This document shows positions 53,795 to 63,295 of a DNA stretch of 64,000 bases, piece by piece (the first letter of the stretch is position 1; every line of letters begins with the position of its first letter). This stretch comes from a virus, in IMG/VR virus record IMGVR_UViG_3300045988_117041. One strand, 5' to 3'. The position numbers and the translations under genes are program-made. The notes below the pieces were generated by a model. It made no database searches, was not told where the DNA came from, and was given only the letters and a program-made list of their open reading frames with translations.

Positions 53795-55132
53795 TTGAGT
53801 GACAAGAACCTAGATAAACTCAATGTCGAGCGGGGGCTTATATCAAAGCTGATAGAGACACGGGACATTGAGACCATAACTACATTAGATATAGACACCA
53901 GATTCTTTACCGGGGAACACAGACGGGTGTTCAGTTACATAACAAAGTTTGTGTTAGAGAATGGCGAGGTGCCAACGCCCCGTGTTGTAAAGAAGAACTT
54001 CCCAAACTACATCATTGAACGATATTACAATGACGACCGGGGAGAAAAGATTTACGGTACAGCAGAACCACTTGACTATTGGTGTTCAGAAATACGCCGA
54101 AAGTTGAAACACAACACCCTTGCAGAAATGATAGAAAAAGCGGGTGAGACACTAGGCGAATTTGATACTGAGGAAGCCTATAGCCAGATTAAGAAAGCTA
54201 TTTCTTACGTTGACAGCGAAGTAGAGATAACTAAGTCGGTAGACATTACAGACGGCACTGATAAGCGAAAAGAACTGTATGAGAAGAAAAAGTTAAACCA
54301 CGGTATTGTAGGTCTTGAAACGGGTATACTTCCGTTAGACAGAATATTAAGAGGTCTTCCAGATGAAACACTGACTATGATAATAGCCACGACCGGAGTG
54401 GGCAAGACCTTCATGCAAGTTCTGATTGGTGCTTACCTTGCGTTAGAGGGTTACAAAGTACAACACTTTATCACTGAAATGTCTGACGGTCTAATGAGAG
54501 ACAGGTATGAAATGATGTTATACTCAATGACTGTGGGACACATAAGCTATAAACAGTTTAAAGAAGGTAAACTTCCGTTTAAGCAGGAGAAGTCTTATTA
54601 TGAATTTTTAGACGAGATACTACCAGACATAACCCCGGTGATTCTTACACCTGCAAAGGGTGTTCTTGCAATGAGAGCAGACATAGAGAAAGAGAAACCA
54701 GACCTTGTTATGATTGATGGTGTTTACCTCATGCAAGACGACCAGGGAGCAAAAGATGACTGGTTAAGAGTAGCGCACATTACCCGTGATTTAAAGACCG
54801 CCAGTAAAGATTTACACCTACCATTTTTAGGTAACACGCAAGCAAGTCAAGCTACATCAAAGAAGACCGGGCCAGGACTTGATTCTATCATGTATACACA
54901 AGCCATAGGTCAAGACTGTGATAACATCATAGCCTTATGGCGTGATGAAGTGATGTATAACGAGAAAGAAATGGGTGTTAAAGTATTAAAACAAAGAGAA
55001 GGTGAACAAGGACAATTTATAATGACCTGGGACTTTGATACAATGACCTTTAAGCCTATTTACAGTGTAGACCAAGACGGTAACTCCAATCCAGAAGAAG
55101 ATGAAGACGCAGAAGACGCTTTACTGGATTAA
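53795..55132 (+). CDS. dnaB: replicative DNA helicase, DnaB family
   Basis: N-terminal ERGLISKLIE...FFTGEHRRVF, Walker A ATTGVGKT, Walker B LVMIDGVYLM, and the QASQ motif. Confidence 0.85.
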   Translation: MSDKNLDKLNVERGLISKLIETRDIETITTLDIDTRFFTGEHRRVFSYITKFVLENGEVPTPRVVKKNFPNYIIERYYNDDRGEKIYGTAEPLDYWCSEIRRKLKHNTLAEMIEKAGETLGEFDTEEAYSQIKKAISYVDSEVEITKSVDITDGTDKRKELYEKKKLNHGIVGLETGILPLDRILRGLPDETLTMIIATTGVGKTFMQVLIGAYLALEGYKVQHFITEMSDGLMRDRYEMMLYSMTVGHISYKQFKEGKLPFKQEKSYYEFLDEILPDITPVILTPAKGVLAMRADIEKEKPDLVMIDGVYLMQDDQGAKDDWLRVAHITRDLKTASKDLHLPFLGNTQASQATSKKTGPGLDSIMYTQAIGQDCDNIIALWRDEVMYNEKEMGVKVLKQREGEQGQFIMTWDFDTMTFKPIYSVDQDGNSNPEEDEDAEDALLD

Positions 55133-55139
55133 TAGTATT

Positions 55140-55168
55140 AGACGGTGTTTGAATAGCACCGTCTTTTG
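55140..55168 (+). terminator. rho-independent terminator
   Basis: gacggtg 55141-55147 pairs with caccgtc 55157-55163, followed by TTTTG. Confidence 0.8.
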
Positions 55169-55206
55169 TTGTATAATGATACATATTTGAAAGAGAGGTG
55201 ATTGTA

Positions 55207-55398
55207 ATGTTTACTCGTTATAGAATCATGAAGACCCTAGACACGTTAAAAGGTGAATGTCATGTTCGGTGTGTTTCCTGCGGGAAACTAATGACACCAA
55301 AAGAAGTGTATTATTTTGGAACCACCTGTGAAAAGTGTGAGCAAAAACAGTTAAAGAGGTTAGAGAATGAGCGAGTTATTGACGAAAGAACAAGTTGA
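55207..55398 (+). CDS. small zinc-ribbon protein
   Basis: ATG after agagagg. Contains CVSCG...CEKC. Confidence 0.5.
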   Translation: MFTRYRIMKTLDTLKGECHVRCVSCGKLMTPKEVYYFGTTCEKCEQKQLKRLENERVIDERTS

Positions 55399-56371
55399 AG
55401 ACCTATTAGATTACATAGGTGTTGATAAAGTAGGGGCGTGGAAGGGTAGCAATATCCAGTTTTGTTGTCCTATACACGGTGAATCACACCCCTCATGCGG
55501 AATCACTACAGAAGCAATAGACAGAGACACGGGCAGAACGTTTCAAGCGTTTAACTGTCTTGCGTGTGGTGCACACGGTAACTTAGTTAAATTCCTGTGG
55601 AAAAGTATGCCAGATGATTTCAAGACATATTGGGACGCCGCTTACTTTATGCAGGAGCGTTATAATCTGTTTTATGAATTTGACCCGGACAGTGTTGAAT
55701 CAGTTGCGCGTTATGATGAACAATACGAGGACAATGACGATTCAGAAAGAAGAATAATTAAGCCAAAGTATTTCATAGCACCATTTGAAAGTGGCAAGAA
55801 GACCTACAAGTATTTCTTTGAACGGGGATTTACAAAGTCTGAAATGAAAGAATATATGATAGGTCTTGACCGTGAGAGTAAGACCATCACTATACCCGAC
55901 TTTTGGGAAGACGGTCAGTTAGCAGGTGTTATTGGTCGTTATGTGTCACCACACAGAAGACACAATGAGCGGTATAAAATTTATGACTATCCCAAGAATG
56001 ATTTAATATACCCGCTGGACAAAATTAAGCCTATCAATAACACCATCATTATTATGGAATCCATGTTAGATACGATACGTGTTAGACGCTTGGGTTATGA
56101 AAATGCCGGGTGTATAAAAGGTATGTTAATGTCTGCAAGACAAGCTAGATGGTTACGTGAGAATTGTGCTTGTGTTATAGACCTGTTCGATAATGACAGT
56201 GGTGGTATCAAAGCGCGGAGAATTGCAAAAGAACGTCTTTATGATATAAACTATAAAACGTGTGTATATCCAGAGTATGGGAAAGACCCATGTGACTGGG
56301 AAGACGAGGATTTAATAGAAACTATTGAAAGTGCAAAGACTATGCACGTATTTAAAGTACCACGATTATAA
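55367..56371 (+). CDS. dnaG: DNA primase (DnaG-type: CHC2 zinc finger plus TOPRIM)
   Basis: CCPIHGESHPSC...CLACG zinc finger. TOPRIM motifs IIIMESMLD and DLFDNDSGG. Confidence 0.8.
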   Translation: MSELLTKEQVEDLLDYIGVDKVGAWKGSNIQFCCPIHGESHPSCGITTEAIDRDTGRTFQAFNCLACGAHGNLVKFLWKSMPDDFKTYWDAAYFMQERYNLFYEFDPDSVESVARYDEQYEDNDDSERRIIKPKYFIAPFESGKKTYKYFFERGFTKSEMKEYMIGLDRESKTITIPDFWEDGQLAGVIGRYVSPHRRHNERYKIYDYPKNDLIYPLDKIKPINNTIIIMESMLDTIRVRRLGYENAGCIKGMLMSARQARWLRENCACVIDLFDNDSGGIKARRIAKERLYDINYKTCVYPEYGKDPCDWEDEDLIETIESAKTMHVFKVPRL

Positions 56372-56384
56372 GGAGGTTTATGTT

Positions 56385-56810
56385 ATGGCTGTATACGCAT
56401 ATGAGAAAGAAAAAATACCAAAAGAAAAAGCAGAAGTATATAAGTCCCAGCTTAGGTCATTCTACGGGTCTTTAGAAAATGCCATAAACTATCGAGTGTG
56501 TTCACTGGATTATTCTGTCATAGACAAGGGTATAATTAACTGTGTGAATACCTTCAACCAACACGGTCTGCACACCATATACTCATGTTCGGGACATAGT
56601 GAAACTGATAGTGCCTATGTGGTGTTTGCGACATATGTTACCCGCGAAAAGATAGAACGCGAGTTTGAGTTGTTGGGTATCAAGAAAGGTGTGTATAAGA
56701 TAGAGAGGAAGTCCCTGTTCCAAGGTGAAGTAACCACATTAAAAGTAACGATACCGCCAGACAGCAAAGACTATTTCTATATCTGTAGTTTTCCAAAACA
56801 CCGGAAATAG
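56385..56810 (+). CDS. hypothetical protein (141 aa)
   Basis: ATG at 56385 after taaggagg. Confidence 0.55.
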   Translation: MAVYAYEKEKIPKEKAEVYKSQLRSFYGSLENAINYRVCSLDYSVIDKGIINCVNTFNQHGLHTIYSCSGHSETDSAYVVFATYVTREKIEREFELLGIKKGVYKIERKSLFQGEVTTLKVTIPPDSKDYFYICSFPKHRK

Positions 56811-56819
56811 AAGGGGTTG

Positions 56820-56848
56820 TTGCACTTTGTAAATTGCCATGATATAAT
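56820..56848 (+). promoter_or_regulatory. promoter TTGCAC-N17-TATAAT
   Basis: TTGCAC 56820-56825, TATAAT 56843-56848. Confidence 0.7.
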
Positions 56849-56892
56849 GCAATAGTCAATTCAAAACCATAAGATAAAAGGAGAGTGACACA

Positions 56893-57897
56893 ATGAGTAG
56901 AAAACTGTTTAACACGGGGTATACCGCTGTTAAAGAGGAAAAAGAACGTCAAGAGAGAAACCGCGAGAAAGTAAAGGGTAAACTCTGGGACTTCTACCTG
57001 TCTGATGATGGGGACGAAGCACAAGTACGTTTCTTGACTGAGGAACCCGTGAACTACTATGCACATTCTGTACCAGAAAAAGGCGGCAGGTATCAAGAAC
57101 ACATATGCACCCAAGATGATGATTGCGAGTATTGCAACGAGGGTGATAAACCACAGTTCAAGAGTGCATACCTTATATGGGATAAGCGCGAATATGAGAC
57201 CACCAATGAAAAGGGTAAGAAAGTTAAGAAGTCCGGGTGTTTAAGACTGTACACCCAGGGAACCAAAGTAACGTCACAGCTTGCCCGTATTTCATCAAAG
57301 AGTGGTATCACTGTGAAAGACCTCAATATTGTTCGTTCCGGGAAAGGGACACAAACGTCCTATATGTTTGAAAACGATTTTGAGCGGGAACCTTTAACTG
57401 CTGATGAAGTTCGTGAAATGCTGGCAGTGTTGCCAGAAGAACAGCAAGCTATGTATAAGGGTGACGTTAAGAAGGGTAACAAGTCATTGCTTAATGTAGT
57501 CATGGCACAGCTTGAAATGCGTATGGACGATTACGAAGAAGACAAGAACACCAATTATGATGAAGACGAGGATTATGACGAATCAGACGGTGATGAAGAC
57601 GAGGAAGAAACACCCAGAAGGTCTTCAAAGTCCAGCACAAAAAAGACTTCTAATAAACGTACATCATCAAACAAACGTAAGCGTTACGAAGACGAGGACG
57701 AAGAAGATGAAGACGACTATGAGGAAGATTATGACGAAGATGAAGACGAGGACGATTACTACATTCCAGATGATGAAGACGAGGAAGACGATTTTCCAAT
57801 GAACAGTCCCCGGTCTTCCAGAAAGTCTGCACCAGCAAAGAGAACACCCGCGCCCAAGAGTAACAAGGGACGTTCAAAGGGTCTGTTCAGAAAGTAA
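56893..57897 (+). CDS. putative ssDNA-binding protein (gp32-like organisation)
   Basis: Cys/His cluster HICTQDDDCEYC, a long D/E-rich C-terminal region, then a basic tail. Lies in the replication module. The assignment is tentative. Confidence 0.4.
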   Translation: MSRKLFNTGYTAVKEEKERQERNREKVKGKLWDFYLSDDGDEAQVRFLTEEPVNYYAHSVPEKGGRYQEHICTQDDDCEYCNEGDKPQFKSAYLIWDKREYETTNEKGKKVKKSGCLRLYTQGTKVTSQLARISSKSGITVKDLNIVRSGKGTQTSYMFENDFEREPLTADEVREMLAVLPEEQQAMYKGDVKKGNKSLLNVVMAQLEMRMDDYEEDKNTNYDEDEDYDESDGDEDEEETPRRSSKSSTKKTSNKRTSSNKRKRYEDEDEEDEDDYEEDYDEDEDEDDYYIPDDEDEEDDFPMNSPRSSRKSAPAKRTPAPKSNKGRSKGLFRK

Positions 57898-57948
57898 AAC
57901 TACACACTGTATAGTGTAGAAATAAAACACACATAAGGAGAAAAAGAC

Positions 57949-58227
57949 ATGAGTAAATTAGGAATCAAGGAAGTAGCTGAGAGAGCTGCAGAGAAGACCG
58001 GGAAAAGTGTGAAACTGTCAAAAGACGTTATCAATGCCACGCTTGAAACAATCCAGGAGGAACTTGCCGAAGGCAATGACGTTGCGTTTGTCGGCTACGT
58101 GTCCTTTAACGTTGAAGAAGTTGCCGCACGTTCCGGCAGTTGCGCGGGCCGTAAGTGGTCTAAACCCGCACACTCTGTAGTGAAAGCAAAGCTGGGAGCA
58201 AAGCTGAAAAACGCTGTCGAGGAATAA
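57949..58227 (+). CDS. HU/IHF-family DNA-binding protein
   Basis: 92 aa. VINATLETIQEELAEGNDVAFVGYVSF...AKLGAKLKNAV fits the HU fold. The arm region is atypical (SGSCAGRKWSKPAHS). Confidence 0.75.
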   Translation: MSKLGIKEVAERAAEKTGKSVKLSKDVINATLETIQEELAEGNDVAFVGYVSFNVEEVAARSGSCAGRKWSKPAHSVVKAKLGAKLKNAVEE

Positions 58228-58238
58228 GTCTTTCGTGT

Positions 58239-58267
58239 TTGACTGATTGTAGGTGTTATGCTATGAT
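58239..58267 (+). promoter_or_regulatory. promoter TTGACT-N17-TATGAT
   Basis: TTGACT 58239-58244, TATGAT 58262-58267. Confidence 0.65.
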
Positions 58268-58313
58268 AACAACGTAGTGTAGCACCTATTTTTATTGTAG
58301 AGAAGGTGAGAGA

Positions 58314-61300
58314 ATGAAAGACGAAAGACTTAGAATGATGAAGCCCGTGGTCTACAGTCCGTTCTATTCCAAGTGGTATCCGTTAAGACCACGAATAGAG
58401 AAATACACCATTGTAGACACCATTCCAAAACTTAGGAAGTTGGCGAAAAAAGCAAAGACAAAAACTGAATTTGCTTTTGATACAGAGACCAACGGGTTAA
58501 GAGCATACGGGCCAGACAAGAATTTCAGATGTGTGTGTATCACAATAAGCTGGGGGCCTAGAGATAACTACTATATCCCGCTTGCACACTTGCGTGACGA
58601 GGACATAGATAGAAACCTTGATTTAAGTGTTGCACGTCCTCTATTAAATAAGATATTGGGCCGCAAAGACGTAAGACTAATAGGACATAACATAAAATTT
58701 GATATGCACGTATTAGCGCGTATTGGCGTTTATGTAAAGACAAGAGACTTATTCGACACAATGGTAGGTGTTTGGCTATGTGATGAAAACACACCTAACG
58801 GTTTGAAAGAATCTTCAAAGATTAAGATGGATATAGACCAGACCCATTTTGCAGACGCAGTGGCTACAGTTCCAAAAGAAGTTAAAAAGCGTTTTGGTCT
58901 TAAGCCTAACAGTAAAGCCACGTATGACCTTGTGCTGATAGACGAAGGTGCACCATACGCGTTAGATGATAGTTACTTTACCTGGGAACTGTACTTAGGT
59001 TTGTTAGAAGAACTTGAACATGAAGAAATGGATAAGATTTTCTACAAACACTATATGCCGTTCATATGGACACTGTATCATATGGAAGAACGAGGTATCA
59101 CCGTTGATGTAGACAAGCTGAGACACATGGGTGTTGATATGGACAAAGACCTTGAAGACCTCATGTATCAGATGGTAGAGATTGCGGGTATACAGTTTAA
59201 TCCGTCTTCACAGCAGTTAGGTGAATTATTGTTTGGTTATGTTAAAGAAGACAAGCTGAACGAAAAGACAGGTAAGATAACCAAAGCAAACCCAAACTGG
59301 GACATTATCAAGCGTTCCTTTAAGTTCCGTATCATAAGCACCACACCAAAAGGTGCACCACAAGTTAATAATGACGTATTGTGGAAATTGTCGCGCTTAG
59401 AGTATAAAAAGAGTAAGCGCAAACAGCAAGGTGTAGAATTTGTAAAGCTGTTAATGTCCTACAACAAAATCAAAAAGTTAAAGAGTGCTTTTGTTGACGG
59501 TCTGTTAGACCAGATATATGATGATGGGAAAGCACACCCTTCCTATAACATCATAGGGACAGACACGGGACGTTTAAGCTGTACAAGCCCTAACCTACAG
59601 CAGTTGCCGAAAGCAGAGGAAGAAGACCAGTACCAGATTAGAAGTGTGTTTATCGGTAGTTTAGATAAGTCCACAGGTAAACGTAAAAAGTTAATCGCGT
59701 GTGACTATGCTAACCTGGAAATGCGTGTTCTTGCGCATTTTTGCGTTCAACGCAATATGCCTATTGCACTTGAAGACGGTTCAAGTATTGAGATGGGGAG
59801 TTTAGTGCAGAAATGTGATAATAGTAGAAAAGTTAAATCATATAATTTTGATACCGGGAAGATAGAAGCACAGCCAATAACAAATTTCTGGAAGAATGGT
59901 AAGTCAAATTTATATGACACACCACAATATCGAGGTACTCATGATGATTGGTTGAGAATAGTAAATGACGGAGACTATAGTAGACTTGTTGTTACTGACG
60001 ACCATGAGATATTTACACCTCGTGGTAAAGTACGTGCAAAGAATTTACATGAAGGTGATACCATGTACTACAATGCCCCGGAATTTAGTGATGATTTAAA
60101 AGAACTTGTCGTGGGTATTACACTAGGTGATTCAAACTTTAAAGACAAGTGGTCTGGTCTTGTGTTCTATCATGCTGACAGTCAACGTGAGTATTTAGAT
60201 TGGAAGAAGTCTTTATTAAAAGACTATGTTGGCGAAGTTTTTGAAGACACTACAGTTAATAAGATATATTTAAAAGCTAACCCCTTTATACTCAAACTCA
60301 AAGAGTGTTACACACAAGGTAAAGACAATTCCCATAAGTTAATTAATGTAGATATAGTTAAACATATGAGTGTTAAGTCTTTAGCTGTATGGTATTTAGA
60401 TGACGGGTGTTTTAGCCACGATGATAGGTGTTGTAGTATGAGCGGATACAGTCTAACTATTGCTAGAAAGAATATATCCCTTGATGTAGTTAAGGCTTTA
60501 AATGATAAGTTTAATTTTAATTTCAGACTTACTTCTACAGGTATTAGTTTATCAGGAAGTTATTTTAATAAGTTTTTAAGGGCTATAGCACCTTATTGCC
60601 CCAAGTGCATGAACTATAAGTTTCCTCACTTCTTAAAAGACCTAGTAGGTACTTATATCTGGAACACTGCACATCGTGATGTTACAGAAGTTAAGATTGT
60701 GAGTATAGAGAGAGTGCAGAAAGGGGACCCGTTATTTAAAAAGTCATTGATACAGTCTGGGTATGACTTAGAAGTGTTCGGTAACCATAACTACTTTGCC
60801 AACAACATACTTGTGTCCAATAGTAAAGACAAGAATTTGATAGATATGTTCTTGTCCGGGGCAGATACACATGGTGCCACTGCTGTTAATATGTTCAATC
60901 TTGACTGTGAACCGAATGAGGTAAAGAAGAAGTATCACCATTTGAGACAAGCCGCGAAAATCATTAACTTTATGTTGATGTACGGTGGTGGTAGATTCAG
61001 ACTGTATACTGCGCTTAGAGACGACCAGTCCTCACCCATTGATTTAGGTAGTGAAGAATATGTCACCTTGTACGCTAAACAGATAGCAGAGTTTAAGCGT
61101 AATTTCCGGGGACGTAAAGTACCTAGTGACGGGGAGATAGTAGCACAGATTTACATTGACCGCTACTTTGATTCATACAAAGGTGTTGCAGAGTTCATAA
61201 AGAGAGAAAAACGTTATGCACATAGACACGGATATGTGTACACATTAAAACGCCGTAAAAGACGCATACCAGATATTAACAGTGATAATTTTGGTACTGT

Positions 61301-61592
61301 AGGGTACTGTGAGCGTGTTAGTGTCAATGCACCTATCCAGGGTAGTGCGGCAGACATAACGTCCAGTGCACAGAATCGTGTTGACCTTGACGATTTCTTT
61401 ATAGAACACGGTGCACTGTTATTACTCCAAGTGCATGATGAACTTGTCATGGAATGTCCAGAAGAACACGTAGAGGTAGTCACTAAACGTCTGCAAGAGT
61501 TAATGGCACACCCATTCGGTGATAACATTGAACTGAACCTACCCCTTAGAGCAGACGCAGATTCAGGGGATTCCTACCAGGATGCCAAGTAA
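58314..61592 (+). CDS. polA: DNA polymerase I (family A, with 3'-5' exonuclease), interrupted by an intein
   Basis: Exo I FAFDTETNGL, Exo II GHNIKFD, Exo III YALDDSY. Motif A CDYANLEMRVLAHF|intein|SKDKNLIDMF. Motif B RQAAKIINFMLMYGG. Motif C QVHDEL. Confidence 0.9.
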   Translation: MKDERLRMMKPVVYSPFYSKWYPLRPRIEKYTIVDTIPKLRKLAKKAKTKTEFAFDTETNGLRAYGPDKNFRCVCITISWGPRDNYYIPLAHLRDEDIDRNLDLSVARPLLNKILGRKDVRLIGHNIKFDMHVLARIGVYVKTRDLFDTMVGVWLCDENTPNGLKESSKIKMDIDQTHFADAVATVPKEVKKRFGLKPNSKATYDLVLIDEGAPYALDDSYFTWELYLGLLEELEHEEMDKIFYKHYMPFIWTLYHMEERGITVDVDKLRHMGVDMDKDLEDLMYQMVEIAGIQFNPSSQQLGELLFGYVKEDKLNEKTGKITKANPNWDIIKRSFKFRIISTTPKGAPQVNNDVLWKLSRLEYKKSKRKQQGVEFVKLLMSYNKIKKLKSAFVDGLLDQIYDDGKAHPSYNIIGTDTGRLSCTSPNLQQLPKAEEEDQYQIRSVFIGSLDKSTGKRKKLIACDYANLEMRVLAHFCVQRNMPIALEDGSSIEMGSLVQKCDNSRKVKSYNFDTGKIEAQPITNFWKNGKSNLYDTPQYRGTHDDWLRIVNDGDYSRLVVTDDHEIFTPRGKVRAKNLHEGDTMYYNAPEFSDDLKELVVGITLGDSNFKDKWSGLVFYHADSQREYLDWKKSLLKDYVGEVFEDTTVNKIYLKANPFILKLKECYTQGKDNSHKLINVDIVKHMSVKSLAVWYLDDGCFSHDDRCCSMSGYSLTIARKNISLDVVKALNDKFNFNFRLTSTGISLSGSYFNKFLRAIAPYCPKCMNYKFPHFLKDLVGTYIWNTAHRDVTEVKIVSIERVQKGDPLFKKSLIQSGYDLEVFGNHNYFANNILVSNSKDKNLIDMFLSGADTHGATAVNMFNLDCEPNEVKKKYHHLRQAAKIINFMLMYGGGRFRLYTALRDDQSSPIDLGSEEYVTLYAKQIAEFKRNFRGRKVPSDGEIVAQIYIDRYFDSYKGVAEFIKREKRYAHRHGYVYTLKRRKRRIPDINSDNFGTVGYCERVSVNAPIQGSAADITSSAQNRVDLDDFFIEHGALLLLQVHDELVMECPEEHVEVVTKRLQELMAHPFGDNIELNLPLRADADSGDSYQDAK
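59742..60821 (+). mobile_element. intein (360 aa) with LAGLIDADG homing endonuclease, 10 residues after the Pol I motif A Asp
   Basis: Starts with Cys (CVQRNMPIAL). Block B is VTDDHEIF. LAGLIDADG motifs are LVVGITLGDSNF and LAVWYLDDGCF. Ends YFANNILVSN followed by Ser+1. Confidence 0.85.
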
Positions 61593-61597
61593 AATCT

Positions 61598-61621
61598 GAC
61601 AGTTATCAAGACGCAAAGTAA
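61598..61621 (+). pseudogene. vestigial, synonymously recoded copy of the polA 3' end
   Basis: gac agt tat caa gac gca aag taa encodes DSYQDAK*, identical to the polA C-terminus (61569-61592). 16/24 nt match. It is out of frame with polA. Confidence 0.6.
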
Positions 61622-61631
61622 GAGGTGTTAT

Positions 61632-61799
61632 ATGAAAGACCAAAAATGGGTTGACCTGTGTGGTAATTGTGCTAATATTAATATGTGTGAATCTTATTGT
61701 TATGGTTCCATGTACAGAAGGAGCACGGTTAAGTATTTGCGCTTTAAGTTTAGTGTTTGGTTACAACACCAGATTGACAAGGTGTTTGCAATAAGGTAA
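61632..61799 (+). CDS. small Cys-rich protein (55 aa, below the ORF-track cutoff)
   Basis: ATG after aagaggtg. Contains CGNC...C..C. Confidence 0.45.
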   Translation: MKDQKWVDLCGNCANINMCESYCYGSMYRRSTVKYLRFKFSVWLQHQIDKVFAIR

Positions 61800-61800
61800 T

Positions 61801-61829
61801 TTGACAAGTTTCTTTGTTGATGTTATATT
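61801..61829 (+). promoter_or_regulatory. promoter TTGACA-N17-TATATT
   Basis: TTGACA 61801-61806, TGT-TATATT 61821-61829. A second TTGACA lies at 61774. Confidence 0.65.
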
Positions 61830-61887
61830 TCACCTATCAGCAAAGAAGCTGTCACAAAATACAAAAGTAGAAAAGGAGATTGAAAAC

Positions 61888-62316
61888 ATGGCAACAACGA
61901 CAAGTAAGTTAGCAGGAAACGCAGTAAAGAAGAATGTAGGTGCACAGGCACCGAAAGCAACACCAACACCCGCACCACAGGCGACACCCGCACCCGTCCA
62001 GGATAAGACTTCCAGTGTTGACCCTAAAGGTGTAGCAAAGTTCCTTGAAAGTGTTCGCACGAATAATGTAGAGGACATTGTGTGGGCGATTGTGACCGCC
62101 GGGGAATTTGACACCCTCACCAATGAAGCTATTGAGGAAGCTGTACAGAACGTAAGTAATGCTTTAGGTGTTGTAGATATGGAACACCGTACAGAGATTG
62201 ACAACCTTTCTAAAGAACTGGACGCTATGCGTGAGCAGTTAGAAGGTGCACTTGCAGAACGTGACAAAGCAAATGACCGTGTAAAAATGCTGTGCGGTAT
62301 TATTGCTGATATGTAA
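61888..62316 (+). CDS. hypothetical protein, coiled-coil C-terminus
   Basis: ATG at 61888 after aaaaggaga. Confidence 0.6.
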   Translation: MATTTSKLAGNAVKKNVGAQAPKATPTPAPQATPAPVQDKTSSVDPKGVAKFLESVRTNNVEDIVWAIVTAGEFDTLTNEAIEEAVQNVSNALGVVDMEHRTEIDNLSKELDAMREQLEGALAERDKANDRVKMLCGIIADM

Positions 62317-62346
62317 GACGTATTACAATTTACATGAAGTAGGGTA

Positions 62347-62375
62347 TTGACCTCCTAGTGTGTTTATGCTAATAT
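62347..62375 (+). promoter_or_regulatory. promoter TTGACC-N17-TAATAT
   Basis: TTGACC 62347-62352, TAATAT 62370-62375. Confidence 0.6.
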
Positions 62376-62429
62376 GTACGTGTGATTAACACACTCGTAC
62401 AACGCTAAACATATTAGGAGGTTTTTCAT

Positions 62430-63149
62430 ATGAAAGACAAGAAAGAGAAGTCAATGTTTAGTGACGAGAGGACAAAGTTTATTTATTTCGACTTTGTTAT
62501 AATTAGTGCGATACTTGCTTTTATCAGTATACGAGGTGAGTATGTACACGCTGTATTGTGGGCCGTTGTTGAATTGATTGTGACCCCGTTCATTGTGAGA
62601 AAAGGTGTTCGTTTACAGCTTATGTTGTTCACCATAATAGCGTTTTTCGCTCTCACAGTAGCGGGCGTGTCAGTCAACAAAATGTTTAAGACAGCCCAAG
62701 CTAGTTCAAGTGCTGTAGTATCTGAGAGTGTAGCGGCAGAAATGTCCTCCATGAACGCCGAACTTGAAAGGCTAAAGAAAGAGTCCGAAAAGCAGAGCGA
62801 GCGCGAGAGCGTCCGAGAATCATTAGACGCATATTATACCGCCGAATACCCCGGAGAAACGCCTACAGACACCGTAGAAGACGCTACAGAGACCACAGCG
62901 AACCAGCAAACAGAAACACCAGAAACAACCACAAAAGAGTTTGATGGCAAGATACCTACAAGCAGAATGATTTACACAGGTTCCGACTTGTTCTGGACAG
63001 CCACAAACGACTACTACGGTCACGTACTTAAAACAACATTGAATGAAATAACCATTGAGTTAGCAAACGGTGATGTTGTAGTACAGCCTAGAAAGTCAAT
63101 CATGCAGGCTGATTTATATGGGTATAACCCAAACAATGTAGACCAGTAA
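62430..63149 (+). CDS. membrane protein (3 TM segments plus extracytoplasmic domain)
   Basis: SD taggagg. Three hydrophobic helices in residues 15-95. Confidence 0.6.
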   Translation: MKDKKEKSMFSDERTKFIYFDFVIISAILAFISIRGEYVHAVLWAVVELIVTPFIVRKGVRLQLMLFTIIAFFALTVAGVSVNKMFKTAQASSSAVVSESVAAEMSSMNAELERLKKESEKQSERESVRESLDAYYTAEYPGETPTDTVEDATETTANQQTETPETTTKEFDGKIPTSRMIYTGSDLFWTATNDYYGHVLKTTLNEITIELANGDVVVQPRKSIMQADLYGYNPNNVDQ

Positions 63150-63194
63150 GCACACAAAAGAAATAAGCGTTGTATAGGTGTTAATCACATTGGG

Positions 63195-63219
63195 CGGGAC
63201 TTAATTGTCCCGTCTTTTT
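63195..63219 (+). terminator. rho-independent terminator
   Basis: cgggac 63195-63200 pairs with gtcccg 63207-63212, followed by TCTTTTT. Confidence 0.75.
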
Positions 63220-63227
63220 ACGTGAAA

Positions 63228-63256
63228 TTGACTTATATTTTGAAAAATGTTATGAT
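63228..63256 (+). promoter_or_regulatory. promoter TTGACT-N17-TATGAT
   Basis: TTGACT 63228-63233, TGT-TATGAT 63248-63256. Confidence 0.65.
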
Positions 63257-63295
63257 TGTATTACAAAATTACAATACATAAGGAGGAAGTGTTAA

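Noticed and set aside
57059-57877. Alternative-frame ORFs over the acidic tail of the SSB-like gene
   Set aside because: They are products of GAA/GAC/GAT repeats read in other frames, giving low-complexity K/T/R-rich peptides.
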